A stretch of 64,000 bases of DNA from Octopus vulgaris (Eukaryota). The stretch is taken from assembly GCA_951406725.2 (NCBI GenBank), contig OX597823.1, positions 2,170,001 to 2,234,000 of the forward strand. The letters are read 5' to 3'. The notes under the pieces are model-generated. The model was given only the letters and a program-made list of their open reading frames with translations. It was not told the origin of the DNA and did no database searches. Shown one piece after another: positions 43,589 to 57,550 of this stretch (positions are counted from its first letter, which is position 1; the number at the start of each line of letters is the position of its first letter). A program made the translations under genes and the position numbers.

Positions 43589-43981
43589 AACTAGCAGTGT
43601 CGCCCGGCGTTGCTCGGGTTTGTTTCGACCCTTTAGAATTGAGATTTTTGAAAAGTAAATATTTTTCATTATGTAGCTTGTTATTCTCTTTAAGTGAACA
43701 TTTTCTGGTTGAAATACACCGAAAAATGGCGACACAGCAGTAAGAAAATCGTAAAAAAATAGGGATTTTCATAGAAAAAAAGCATCTTTTTTATGTAAAT
43801 AATTTTTGGTATTAACATGGTCCGATTTGAATTTTATCTTCTACAGAAGGAAGAGCAAGCTTTCTTCTATCATACTCGCAATTTTGGTCAACTTGCGCCG
43901 CAGGGTCTCGGAGGAGATTGTGTTAGTTGAAGGCTACCAAACCTGCCATACACAGACAACTTTATATATATATATATAGAT
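43589..43981 (+). mobile_element. Non-autonomous Helitron/Helentron-like element (HINE/DINE-like)
   Basis: Starts ACTAG followed by the hairpin cccggcgttgctcggg; ends cacagacaacttta(ta)n-tagat. Same start motif as 57551. Confidence 0.65.
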
Positions 43982-44741
43982 TATGTGCATGAATCGAAGT
44001 TTTTCGACTCAGTATATTATGTGTGAGGCAGTAACATATGTGTGTCTAGAATACCAAACGCTTCCCTGGCGTACGTTTTCCGTTGGCCATATTGTTAAAA
44101 ACAAAGCTTTCAAAAGTTAAAATAAACAAAATCAACAACAACAGCAGCAGCAGCAGCAGCAGCAATGAAATAACGGCAGTAATAAAAGAGTCGTAATATG
44201 TCTTCCAGTTGAAGATAGAATGTACAAAACGACCAGAAAAAGTCAAGTCAGGCAGCCATGTCAGAGGTGTTAGCGAGGTTATGAAAACGAGGTTATGAAA
44301 TATGGCTGAGCAGACGATAACGTTTTACGATTTCTTGAATTTTTTTCTTGATTTTGTTTTCATGTTTATCTGCTTTCCTTTTCTCTTTTTGTTTATTCTT
44401 TCTCTTTGTTATGTACCTGTGTAAGGGCGCCAAATAGAATGCCCGATGTTTAGTTGCAATGTTTTGTTTGAAGTTCAAATCCCGCCAAGGTGGAACTTTG
44501 CCTTCCATCCTTCCGGGTTCGACAAAATGAGGAGTTTGAGTTGATTAAATGAAAAAATAAAAAGCAAAAAAGAAACAATCAATCATATTCGCTTGTATTT
44601 TTTTATTCTTTTCTTTCGTTTCTTTTATGATTTTATTTGTTCTATTTTCATGCTGCTTTATGTTTAGTGTATAGCTTGTTTGTTTTTAAAACTTTTTTTG
44701 AAATTTTTAATGTATATTTTAATAGCATCACATCTATTTGT

Positions 44742-44855
<114 letters not shown>

Positions 44856-44858
44856 ATA

Positions 44859-46245
<1,387 letters not shown>

Positions 46246-46605
46246 TAGAATGTTACCCAACATATAGCGGGCAACTTGAGAAATATGCTTTTGCCACCAT
46301 GGGGAAATATCAAGATACATGACATACATAAAATAATTATAATCTAACTTTTATCTAATTTCTTGCTTTTTATACAAAATAATGAAAAGAAAATTAATTT
46401 TCAAAAGAAAATTTTTTATTACCTTAAATAAACAAGTCAGATTTCTCATTTGTATATTTGCAATAAATAGGTTGATTTTTTTCTAAGTTTTATCAATTTA
46501 ATCGTAATTTACTACACAGAAAAACTGGCTCTGAGAAGTTTCATTTAAAAACATGGGTTTTTCAGAAAGCTATCGATGCCTGTCACCGAACCGAGTATGA
46601 TTTAT

Positions 46606-46667
<62 letters not shown>

Positions 46668-46694
46668 CTTCTCTCTCTCTCTTTCTTTCTTTCT

Positions 46695-46757
<63 letters not shown>

Positions 46758-46758
46758 C

Positions 46759-46795
<37 letters not shown>

Positions 46796-47169
46796 CTCTC
46801 TCCACTTTCTCTTTGTAAGATATAAAGTGTGGCTGGAGAAATTAATCATCGAAACATCCAGCATTTATATCGATTATTATTAAATAGACATGCTAATTTT
46901 ACATCCTGAGTTCAAATGCCACCGGGGTCGATAAAATAAGTCGATCACAGGAGTCGATGTAATCAACTGACCCCACCCCACCCCCTAAAAATATTGCTGG
47001 TCTTGTGTCAAAATTTGAAAATAAGACATTTGGAAGTAAATATATTTCCATAACTCAGAGAATAAAACACTAAAAAAAATCGAAAGCCACATTACGAAGA
47101 TCTTATAAGTTATTTCTTTATATTCTGAATGAACATTTTACCGTTTCCTTTTCCATTACTCAATAAATT

Positions 47170-47330
47170 CTCGACTTCCGTCTTTACGTTCTGAGTTCAA
47201 ATTCCGCTGAGGTCGACTTTCCTTTCACCCTTTCGTGGTCGATAAATTAAGTACCAGTTGCGTACTGGGTTCTAATCGACTGGCCCCTTCCCCCAAAATT
47301 TCGGGTCTTGTGCCTAGAGTAGAAAAGAAT
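47170..47330 (+). mobile_element. tRNA-SINE family C (MetaSINE-like)
   Basis: gagttcaaattccgc B-box followed by gtcgactttcctttcaccctttcgtggtcgataaattaagtaccag. Confidence 0.7.
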
Positions 47331-48394
47331 AAATTATCATCTTGCAGTACTTGGAATGTTTATGGAAGCAACTGTTTCCCCAATTCTGGAGAAATTTATG
47401 AACTGGACCCTAATAAAAGATCCATTATATGGTTTGTATCAAATTTACTTTGGTTATATGGTTTTTTTTTTGGTTTTTTTTATTTTGCTTTAATAATCAG
47501 AAGAATTAAAAGAGTCAAACATCGGAATATTTAGTCATGTGACCAGAGTTCATCGTCTGCAACCTTCATTTTGTTGTGAAGGCAAAGACAGAACACCTCC
47601 ATCTTATGGGTTTTTATCTTTTCAAAATAAATATACGGATAACGCAGAAGAAATCATAGAAAAGTGTCCGGTCCCAGAGGAACATTGTGTATTCTTTGCT
47701 CAAAGCTTCATATCTTCATTGATTTGAATTTGTTAGACGGTCAAACAATTAAGATAGCGACACCACACACGAGACAGCTCTCAAAGGATCCAACTCATTT
47801 AGTTTTAAACAGAAATCATAAAGTAGCAACGACTCTCTACTGTAGACAAGCAACAACGGATCAAATGTATTTTCTTTCTTCACAGTAATGAGTTCAATTC
47901 CTATAACGAGTGTAAGCTATGTTAATGTACTTAGGAAAGACATAAACATCACAGATTCCATTTATCCACTTTCTGAACTCAACGACACTAGGAGTCAATG
48001 AAACTCGTTATTTTCACAGTGCTGCCACCGACTTCCCAGCGCAAGCTGTTCCTTCGTTGTGGTTCTCCCCGTGATGGATATCCCAGGTCGCCAACAAAGT
48101 CAAGCAATTGACTGCAACATTTATCGCCCAACTCCATAGAATAAGTAAATAATTATTGCAAGTTATTTAGGTTTTATTTAAACCCCTTGTTTATGTAATA
48201 GAAGTTGTTTTAATTTTAGTTTCTTTCTGATCGTTTACTGCTTGGCTGTTGGTCATAAAATTTAACGTAATGTCGCAGAAAGTCTATATAACGTGGACAA
48301 TAAACTAGAAACTGTTCTGGTTAATGGCGTTAACAGTTAAAGCTTGTTGTGAGAGTTATGGGCTGTACTTTGACGGTTCAGAGAGTGAAAGGGG

Positions 48395-48434
<40 letters not shown>

Positions 48435-48819
48435 TAAGAAAGATTGATAAACAAGGGTATTCATACATTTGCACACATACATACATACATAGGCACATAC
48501 TTACATACATACATGCATGCATTCATACATATATACTAACATATATACGTACATAACATACATACGCGTATGCATGAATGGGGTGGGGTGAAGCACATAA
48601 AAAAAGGAAGGAGAGAAAGTGTGGGTGACTCGGTGAAGAACGAGATACGGGTGAGAGTGGAAAGGAGAGAAAGATATTGGCAAAGGGTGGAATATGCGCG
48701 CGTGTGTGAAAGCAAGAAGTGTTGCAGGAAGGGAGAAAGAGAGAGAGGGGAAAGAAAGAGGGGAGAGAAAGAGAGAGAGGACGAGAGAGAAAGAGAGAGA
48801 AAGAAAGAAAGAGAGAAAA

Positions 48820-48851
<32 letters not shown>

Positions 48852-48891
48852 GAGAACGAGAGAGAAAGAGAGAGAGAAAGAAAGAGAGAGA

Positions 48892-48925
<34 letters not shown>

Positions 48926-49329
48926 AGGAGAGAGAGAGAGAGAGAGAGAGAAAATGAAATCGGTAAACGACAGAGTAAAGAGTGAATACATTAATGTTCC
49001 TGTCTATCATAGTGAAACGCCTAGCAATTTTGGAGGAGGGGGTAAGTCGATTACTACATCAACCCCAGTATCTAACTGGTACCTATTTAATCGACACCGG
49101 AAGGATGAAAGGCAAAGTAAACCACGGCGCAATTTGAACTCAGAATGTAAAGGCGGACGAAATGCTGCTAAGCATTCTACCCGGTGTGCTAACCATTCGG
49201 CCAGCTTGAATAATTTTATAATAATAATAATAATAATAACAACAACAACAAAACAACAACAAAAACAACAACAACAATAACAACAGCAACAACAATAACA
49301 ACAACAACAACAACAGCAACAACAGAAGG

Positions 49330-50715
49330 ATCCAACCAAAATTTACCAGAACAAGCATGGGAAGACATCACAATAGCAGACCTAAGGATGACTCTCACTA
49401 AGGCTCATAAGTGGAAATCCCCTGGTAATGATAGGGTGCCAAATGTCTGGTTCGCATTGCTCCCGTGCACTCGCGAAAAGTTAGTTCAGCTGCTCAATGA
49501 AATTATGAGAGATCCTAAGAAAACCCCTGATTGGTTAACAAGTGGTATTATTTACCTTCTTGGAAACAATAATGAAGCCAAATTTCTCCAAAGCTATCGG
49601 CCCATAACCTGTCTATCTAGCATGTATAACATTTTAACATCCATCTTCGCGGAGAAAACCAAACGCCTTTACGACACAGAACGATATTTTCCCCACTGAA
49701 CAAAAAAGGGTTCCGACGGGACTCATATGGATGCAAAGATCAACTCCTAATCAATCACATGATCCTTGAGAAGTGTCATAACAAACGCAGAAATCCGCAT
49801 GGGTTGATTGTGAAAAGGCCTTCGACAGCATACCGCATTCATGGATCTTGAAATCGCTGGATATCTTCAAAATTTCTCCTGTGATTTTAAACTTCCTGAA
49901 GCACGTGTCAGCGTGCAATAGGAATCTCTATTTATACCTCTCTATTGGAGTACTGACCACAAAAACATTAATATCAACTGTGACATTTTTCAAGTTGATT
50001 CACTTTCATCTTTAATTTTTTGCATAGCCCTAATATCCCTTACAAGTGAACTTAACAGAACAGGGCATGGGTATAAAACTGACAAGACAATAAGCCATCT
50101 ATTTTACATGGATAACTTAAAACTCTATGGCAAAGATGATAATGAGTTTGAAGGACTACTGCGTACTGTAGTCAACACCTTCAGTGATGACATCGGGATG
50201 AACTTTAGTTTTGATAAATGCGCCAAGGCCACTTTCCAGAAAAGGAAATTAAAGACCTCACATTCAGTGGTGTTTGATGTTGACACATGTTATAAAAGAA
50301 CTCGGGCAGGAAGAAACTGACAAATACCACGGAATAAACGAGGGTTCTGGCATTCAGCATGCAAGCATGAAAGAGAAGATCAGGAAGGAATGTTATTGGA
50401 GAGTTCGAGCAATCCAAAAATATGAGTTAAATACACATAACAAAGTGTTAGCCATGAATTCCTTAGCAGTTCCGGTTATTTATGGTTTCAATGTATTGAA
50501 CTGGAATATCAACGAATTAAAGATTGACAGGAAAATCCGTAAGCAATAAAACACACCACCCAAAGGCAGACACAGGATCGTCTTTACCTGCCCAGAGCCC
50601 AAAGAAGTCGAGGCTTGACCCAATTTGAAATCTCTTACAAAACCACCACAATTAGACTGGCCAAATATCTCGAAACATCTAACGACTGGATGCTACAACT
50701 GGTTAAAAACCGCAT
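49330..50715 (+). mobile_element. Decayed R4/Dong-type reverse transcriptase region
   Basis: WKSPGNDRVPN.W, YRPITCL, GCKDQLLIN, KAFDSIPHSW, IFQ.DSLS, SHLFYMDNLKLY, FSDDIGM.F..DKCA. Multiple frameshifts; follows (TAA)/(CAA) repeats. Confidence 0.9.
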
Positions 50716-51146
50716 CTAAATTCCGTGATGTCCTTTTTGCCCTGAGGATATTTCACTCAAAATCTTAAAAAATGCAAAATTATTTTATCAAATATATTTT
50801 GTAATTTATATTGAGTATAAATTGATACAATTGTAGGCATTGTTAATTAATTAAAAATGAATTTATATCCATTCTAACTCTCCATTTTCTTAATTATATA
50901 TGTATATACTTACGTGTGTGTCTCTTTGATTGTCCTCCTGTCACATCTTGACAACTGGCATTGGCGTGCTTATGCCTCGTAACATAGCGGTTCGGCAAAA
51001 GAGTACTAAGCTTAAAAAGAGCCCCGTGGTCGATTTGTTTGACTAAAATCCCTTCAAGGCGGTACCCCAGCATGGCCGCAGTCAAATGACTGAAACAAGG
51101 AAAAAGAAAATATATTTTACACACACATACACACACACACACACAT

Positions 51147-51185
<39 letters not shown>

Positions 51186-51196
51186 TATATATAATG

Positions 51197-51555
51197 TGGA
51201 GGCGCAATGGCCCAGTGGTTAGGGCAGCGGACCCGTGGTCGTAGGACCGCGGTTTCGATTCCCAGACCGGGCGTTGTGAGTGTTTATTGAGCGAAAACAC
51301 CTAAATGGTGGTGATCCCTGCTGTACTCTTTCACCACAACTTTCTCTCACTCTTACTTCCTGTTTCTGTTGTACCTGTATTTCAAAGGGCCGGCCTTGTC
51401 ACTCTCTGTGTCACGCTGAATATCCCCGAGAACTGCGTTAAGGGTACACGTGTCTGTGGAGTGCTCAGCCACTTACACCTTAATTTCACGAGCAGGCTGT
51501 TCCGTTGATCGGATCAACCGGAACCCTCGTCGTCGTAACCGACGGAGTGCTTCCA
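51197..51555 (+). mobile_element. Full-length tRNA-derived SINE family B
   Basis: A-box tggcccagtggttagg, B-box ggtttcgattccc, tail cgtcgtcgtaaccgacggagtgc. Other copies at 17575, 42087 and 56105. Confidence 0.88.
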
Positions 51556-51571
51556 TTATATATAATATGTA

Positions 51572-51605
<34 letters not shown>

Positions 51606-51622
51606 ATATGTAATATATATAT

Positions 51623-51653
<31 letters not shown>

Positions 51654-51789
51654 TATATAATATGTAATATATATATATTATATAATATGTTATATATATA
51701 TATAAGAAATATTATGTATGTGATTTAATTTATTTAACACAGTTCAACAGATTCGTTCATATTTACGTAATGGAGGAGATAAATTTTAC

Positions 51790-51866
51790 CTACTGACGAG
51801 TACTTTCTGACATCTCATATTCTTAAATATGAATTTCTTGTTTTTCTGTATGAAACAATTGTATAG
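51790..51866 (+). ncRNA. Minimal type I hammerhead ribozyme (third family)
   Basis: cta-CTGACGA-gtac...gtat-GAAA-C-AATT-G-TA-tag. Palindromic AATT loop; internal tcatatt/aatatga hairpin in stem II. Confidence 0.72.
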
Positions 51867-52098
51867 CTACACGAATAAAAAAAAATCATCATCCATATTA
51901 ACATCTAATCTCCCTTTTATGTAAATATGAACGGGTTTGTTGAACTCTGTTAAATCCTATGCTTAATATTTCTATATAACTTTTCATATCTACACAAATT
52001 TACACGAGTAAATTCAAAAGTAAAGAGTACGATAAACAACATTAGAAATCTTTTTGAAATTACTCCAATTAAAGGACGATCTCGCTTTTCAACCCCTT

Positions 52099-52157
<59 letters not shown>

Positions 52158-52265
52158 TCGCTTAGCCAGCGGGGTGGCGTCATTCGAAGGCTAAAACAAT
52201 GCGATCGCATTGTGACCAGCGATGTGTAACAACATCTGATGGTCGGGTTGGTCACGTGATCACGT

Positions 52266-52311
<46 letters not shown>

Positions 52312-52827
52312 CACACATTTATTCATAGATGTGTATTCTATAAAATATAACAATATAAAATGACATGACGCTGTGACGACAATGATACGGCTGATACGTT
52401 ATACACCTTATTTTGAAACAGGTGGTGGCGGCGATGGCGGAGTCGTCGCCGACGGCGGCAGTGATGGTGGTGGAGGTGGTTGTGGTGGTTGTGGTGGTTG
52501 TGGTGGTGGTGGTGGGGTGGTGGTTTGTGTTGTCTGGTTAGTCTAACGATGCCCCCGGCCGAAGAAACCTTTTACAATGATTAATATACCGTCCAGGGGT
52601 CAAGTAAGGTGACGTGTCAGGGACCTGGCATGTGTCGGTAGCTGAGCGGGGAGGGCGTAGAAGGCTGACCAAATCCTACTTCTATCCCTCCCCGTCCCCT
52701 TCCCACGCCCCACGCTAATTGGTCGGTGTCAATTATTTCTCCTGGGATCGCAGAAACTAATAAACACAAAATGAAAGACTCACAACCGTGATTTCGGTGG
52801 TGAGGGTGTTGTCGGCGGGGGTATGTG

Positions 52828-52869
<42 letters not shown>

Positions 52870-54055
52870 GTATTCGTGTATTTGCATGTGTGTGTGTTTC
52901 TCAGGTGATGTTGATTGGGGCTAAATTGCTGTTATGTTATTATTTAGCCCCAGGTTAGACCTCATCTTGCAGACCAATGACTAAATGGGTTCCAGTTGTG
53001 ACTACCCCTGTCAAGGTGTATCTGGGACCATATTCAAAGAATTCTCCCGTTTGTAATATGTTAGGGTTTTTAGCATGTTAGGCGACCACCACTGATGCTA
53101 CGTTTTCCATTGTTCTCAAACAATGCTCACCAGAGCTTGATCCTACCTTTAGCCCACCCCGTATCTCCTCATCAGCATAAAACATATCCCAACACGTAAC
53201 ACAGTGTCCCACTACTTTTAGCCATCCAGTGTTGTTATCGTTGGTAACAGCAAACATTGGACAGTTTCTGGTTCGAATATCGACCAAAAAGTTGTCCCTC
53301 AATGAACTCCACCTGTCTCTTGGCACATTCTTTAAATACAAGGACAAAATAAACATTAATCCAATCTTAAAACATTGATGTAATAAGTCAAACATTTTTT
53401 GGCTTAGTTTCCAAATAACTGGAAACATTCCTTCCGACTTCCATTTCAAATTCGAAGATTTCACTATGATCTTAATACTTTTTTTTACCGATTGTCTTGA
53501 CCAGAAAGTTCAAAGAGCAATGACCATGGAAATATTACTTACACTTGACGGATATTTGTCCTCATCTTGTTTGCCGGTTGTAATGGATCCTTTCACGGAC
53601 GACGGCATGTCCTGCCCTTTCTGCTACTCTCCTAGCTTTATATGAATCTACTGGTGTCATTATATTCAAGCAAGATGGTATTAGCTTTCAGTCTCTACAG
53701 CTACACAAACAAGATGAGGACAAATATCCGTTAAATGTAAATAATGTAAATGATGTTCATAATTCCTCATCTCTAAAATATAGAACTGTATGACAATGGA
53801 AATACTTAGAGAAAAGAAACCACAACGAAGATACATTTCGTCGACGAGCCAATGGTTCTTCCAAAGTAGAAGAAAGAAGAGGACCCGCCATGTTAACAAT
53901 TCGACTCAGAGGCGCAGGAGTGGATGTGTGGTAAGTATGATTTCTGGGTTCAGTCCCACTGCGTGGCACCTTGGGCTAGTGTTTTCTACGATAGCCTCGG
54001 TCTTACCAAAACCTTGTGAGTGGATTTGGTAGACGGAAACTGAAAGAAGCTCGTC

Positions 54056-54110
<55 letters not shown>

Positions 54111-54116
<6 letters not shown>

Positions 54117-54216
54117 ATTGAAGAAATGGAGTTGAACGAAGATTGAACAGAAATCCTTTTATTAATAAAAGGATTTCTGTTCAATCTTCGTTCAACTCCA
54201 TTTCTTCAATTCACTA
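54111..54216. repeat. Perfect 106-bp palindrome (53-bp arms, no spacer)
   Basis: tagtgaattg...tttatt|aataaa...caattcacta; checked base by base. Confidence 0.97.
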
Positions 54217-54681
54217 ATAATATTAAAATTCAATTATCCGCACCAACGCACGGTTGCAACACCATATGGTTGTACCTCCAACCGTGCTTTCTTCTGCTGT
54301 AGCTTTTGCTACCAAGGTATCGGTTAAACTTTTGATTAATCTGCAACAAGATTATTCATCTTTCTATTTCACCAAATATATATATATATATATATAATTT
54401 CAACAATTGAGGGTAAAATTAATTAATTATTAATCAATTTCACCAAGTGTTCAGTATGCAAAGGGACCATTTAAGGCGAATTCAAATTATTACATTATAT
54501 AAAAGGGCTTAGTAAAATAAATTACTTCGCCGCATACTGAACTCATTAGAAATAGCAGCTAAAAAACTTTTTTAAAGCTATTTCTAATACTTAAAGAAAA
54601 TCTCTCATATATAGCGTTTGCTTAATTTAACACACAAAGGTTTGGGGGTAAGGACATTAAAAATCAAATGCTAAGGTTATT

Positions 54682-54734
54682 TGAGTACGTACGTTTCAAG
54701 ATTAGTCAAAACAAACATTTCTCTCTTCAGCTCA
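54682..54734 (-). ncRNA. Minimal type I hammerhead ribozyme, unit 1
   Basis: Minus strand: tgag-CTGAAGA-gaga...tctt-GAAA-C-GTAC-G-TA-ctca. Intact core, palindromic GTAC loop. Confidence 0.8.
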
Positions 54735-55228
54735 TAAATTCCTTGGTTTGGATTTGGAAACACTGAAAGTAAGAACATACCCTTTCGAAGATCCGCTCTT
54801 AACTAACAGTGCCAGCAAACCCAAATAAGCAAGTGAATCATTTCTGTTCTCCCCTTTCCACCAGCGTGGGTCAAAATCATCAAACGCTATGCTTATTTCG
54901 GTAAAATCCGAAGTAATAATTAGAGGGAGATTAATTATAATTTCAACAATTGAGGGTAAAATTAATTAATTATTAATCAATTTCACCAAGTGTTCAGTAT
55001 GCAAAGGGACCATTTAAGGCGAATTCAAATTATTACATTATATAAAAGGGCTTAGTAAAATAAATTACTTCGCCGCATACTGAACTCATTAGAAATAGCA
55101 GCTAAAAAAACTTTTTTAAAGCTATTTCTAATACTTAAAGAAAATCTCTCTCATATATAGCGTTTGCTTAATTTAACACACAAAGGTTTGGGGGTAAGGA
55201 CATTAAAAAATCAAATGCTAAGGTTATT

Positions 55229-55281
55229 TGAGTACGTACGTTTCAAGATTAGTCAAAACAAACATTTCTCTCTTCAGCTCA
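55229..55281 (-). ncRNA. Minimal type I hammerhead ribozyme, unit 2
   Basis: Identical to 54682-54734, 547 bp away. Confidence 0.8.
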
Positions 55282-55655
55282 TAAATTCCTTGGTTTGGAT
55301 TTGGAAACACTGAAAGTAAGAACATACCCTTTCGAAGATCCGCTCTTAACTAACAGTGCCAGCAAACCCAAATAAGCAAGTGAATCATTTCTGTTCTCCC
55401 CTTTCCACCAGCGTGGGTCAAAATCATCAAACGCTATGCTTATTTCGGTAAAATCCGAAGTAATAATTAGAGGGAGATTAATTATAATTTCAACAATTGA
55501 GGGTAAAATTAATTAATTATTAATCAATTTCACCAAGTGTTCAGTATGCAAAGGGACCATTTAAGGCGAATTCAAATTATTACATTATATAAAAGGGCTT
55601 AGTAAAATAAATTACTTCGCCGCATACTGAACTCATTAGAAATAGCAGCTAAAAA

Positions 55656-55696
<41 letters not shown>

Positions 55697-55709
55697 TTAT
55701 TTATATATG

Positions 55710-55807
<98 letters not shown>

Positions 55808-56104
55808 TGAGCGTATATGTGTGTTTGTGTGTGTGTGTGGGGGGGTCTGTATTTGTCCCCCATCATCGCTTGACAACCGATGCTGGTATGTTTACGTCCC
55901 GTAACTTAGCGGTTCGGCAAAAGTGACCGATAGAATAAGTACTAGGCTTACAAAGAATAAGTCCTAAAGGCGGTGCTCAAGCATGGCCGCAGTCAGATGA
56001 CTTAAACAAACAAAAGAAAAAGAAAGAGTCGGCACCAGACCAAAGATAACAGAAATATTTAATGCAAGATGGAATGGCGTCCTTGTGGAAATCCAAAATA
56101 CTCG

Positions 56105-56410
56105 TGAAGCCCGTGGCCAAGTGGTTACGGTGGTAATTGTGGTTAACCTCATCAGTTGGATTTCCAACGGCGCCTTATATCCTTCAGCAAGACATTTCAC
56201 GTTCGCCCACTCAACTGGCAAAAATGAGAAGTCCCTGTTTTTCAAAAGACCGGCTTTGTCAAATTCTACGCCACGTTGAATCTCCCTGAGAATTACGTAA
56301 AGGGATACGCATGTCTGTGGAGTGCTCAGCCACTTTCACATTAACTTCACGAGCAGGCAGTTTCGTTCATCGGATCAACTTGAATCCTCGTCGCCACCGA
56401 CGGAGTGCCA
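56105..56410 (+). mobile_element. SINE family B-related copy
   Basis: gtggccaagtggtta head; tgtctgtggagtgctcagccac...ccgacggagtgcca tail. Confidence 0.75.
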
Positions 56411-56663
56411 CAAGATACTCTCAAACGTAACAATATTTCTCTAAGCTGTTTAAGGTTATGCAAAGTGGCCCTTTCCTTGAACTTTTTAAGCGAACATTTG
56501 ATATTGATGTGAAATTCTGGATAGCCAGCCGCCTCTTCCCTCATGCGTTCCTTTAATAAAAGACTGAGTTTTAGTCGTCAGTCCTTACTTTTAAGAAACC
56601 CCCTTTTTCTTTCAACAACTATCACGTTTTGTTGGGGTTTTTTTGTGAGGTGTGGTTATATAA

Positions 56664-56694
<31 letters not shown>

Positions 56695-56695
56695 T

Positions 56696-56735
<40 letters not shown>

Positions 56736-57400
56736 TAGGGAAAAGGCAGAAAGAGAGAGAGAGAAAGAGTGAGAGAGAAACAGAAGGAAGAGAAAGAGTG
56801 AAATGGCTAACGGAAAGAGATAGAAAGTAGGGAAAGAGCTGGACAATGGAGGAGCAAAATGGTGTCCAGGAAGCTTTGTCACGTGATCAATGTGTCAATG
56901 GGTAACCAGATCGTATCAACAAAACGAGGGACCCAAAGTTGATTTACCAAAATATTTTGGGTCGAGTTTCTTAATCACCGCCGCCCCACCTCTCATTACG
57001 TCCGTTTTTGTGGTGATGGTGGTGATTTGCAAACAACGGGAGAAGGAGAGAGAAGTCGGAGGTGGGGAGGTTATACAAATAAAGATCCCTAATTATGATA
57101 TCGCGGTTGATCTGTCAAACAAAAGAGCGAGGAAGAAAGATGGCGGAGCGGGGGAGGGATGGGAGGGGAGACACCTCGTTTGACACAGACACCAATCTCA
57201 CACACACACACACATACAAATATACACACATATACCCACAGCCACACGCGTGCATATGCACACAAACACACACACACACATGTATATATGTGTATATGTG
57301 TGCATGAATGTATGTATAAAGGGTCCGCAGTGGCGTACAAATTTCTATATTGATACACACACACACATACACACACACATATATATATATATATATATGA

Positions 57401-57471
<71 letters not shown>

Positions 57472-57550
57472 CATATATATATACATAGGCATACATATAT
57501 ATATATATATATATGTGTATATGCATATATATATATATATATATATATCT

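Larger units (their letters stand above)
54393..55660 (-). repeat. Tandem array of 543/547-bp units (about 2.3 copies), each full unit with a hammerhead
   Basis: Unit starts (tataatttcaacaattgagg) at 54393, 54936 and 55483. Copies differ only in homopolymer/dinucleotide lengths. Bounded by (TA)n on both sides. Confidence 0.95.
53911..56025 (+). mobile_element. SINE family A split at its internal (TA)n by an insert of about 1.6 kb
   Basis: Head 53911-54058 and tail about 55820-56025 are collinear with 16861-17277. Confidence 0.85.

Noticed and set aside
51197-51275. tRNA gene
   Set aside because: A/B boxes belong to a SINE head; no full cloverleaf or oligo-T terminator, and it continues into a repeated SINE body.
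53078-53464. 128-aa minus-strand ORF
   Set aside because: No recognisable domain; probably a decayed retroelement.
54420-54560. Second hammerhead in the tandem unit (CTAATGA...GAAA, minus strand)
   Set aside because: Core is CUAAUGA, stem II does not abut GAAA, and there is no matching stem I.
54393-55660. CRISPR-like array
   Set aside because: Long identical units without unique spacers; eukaryotic context; no cas genes.
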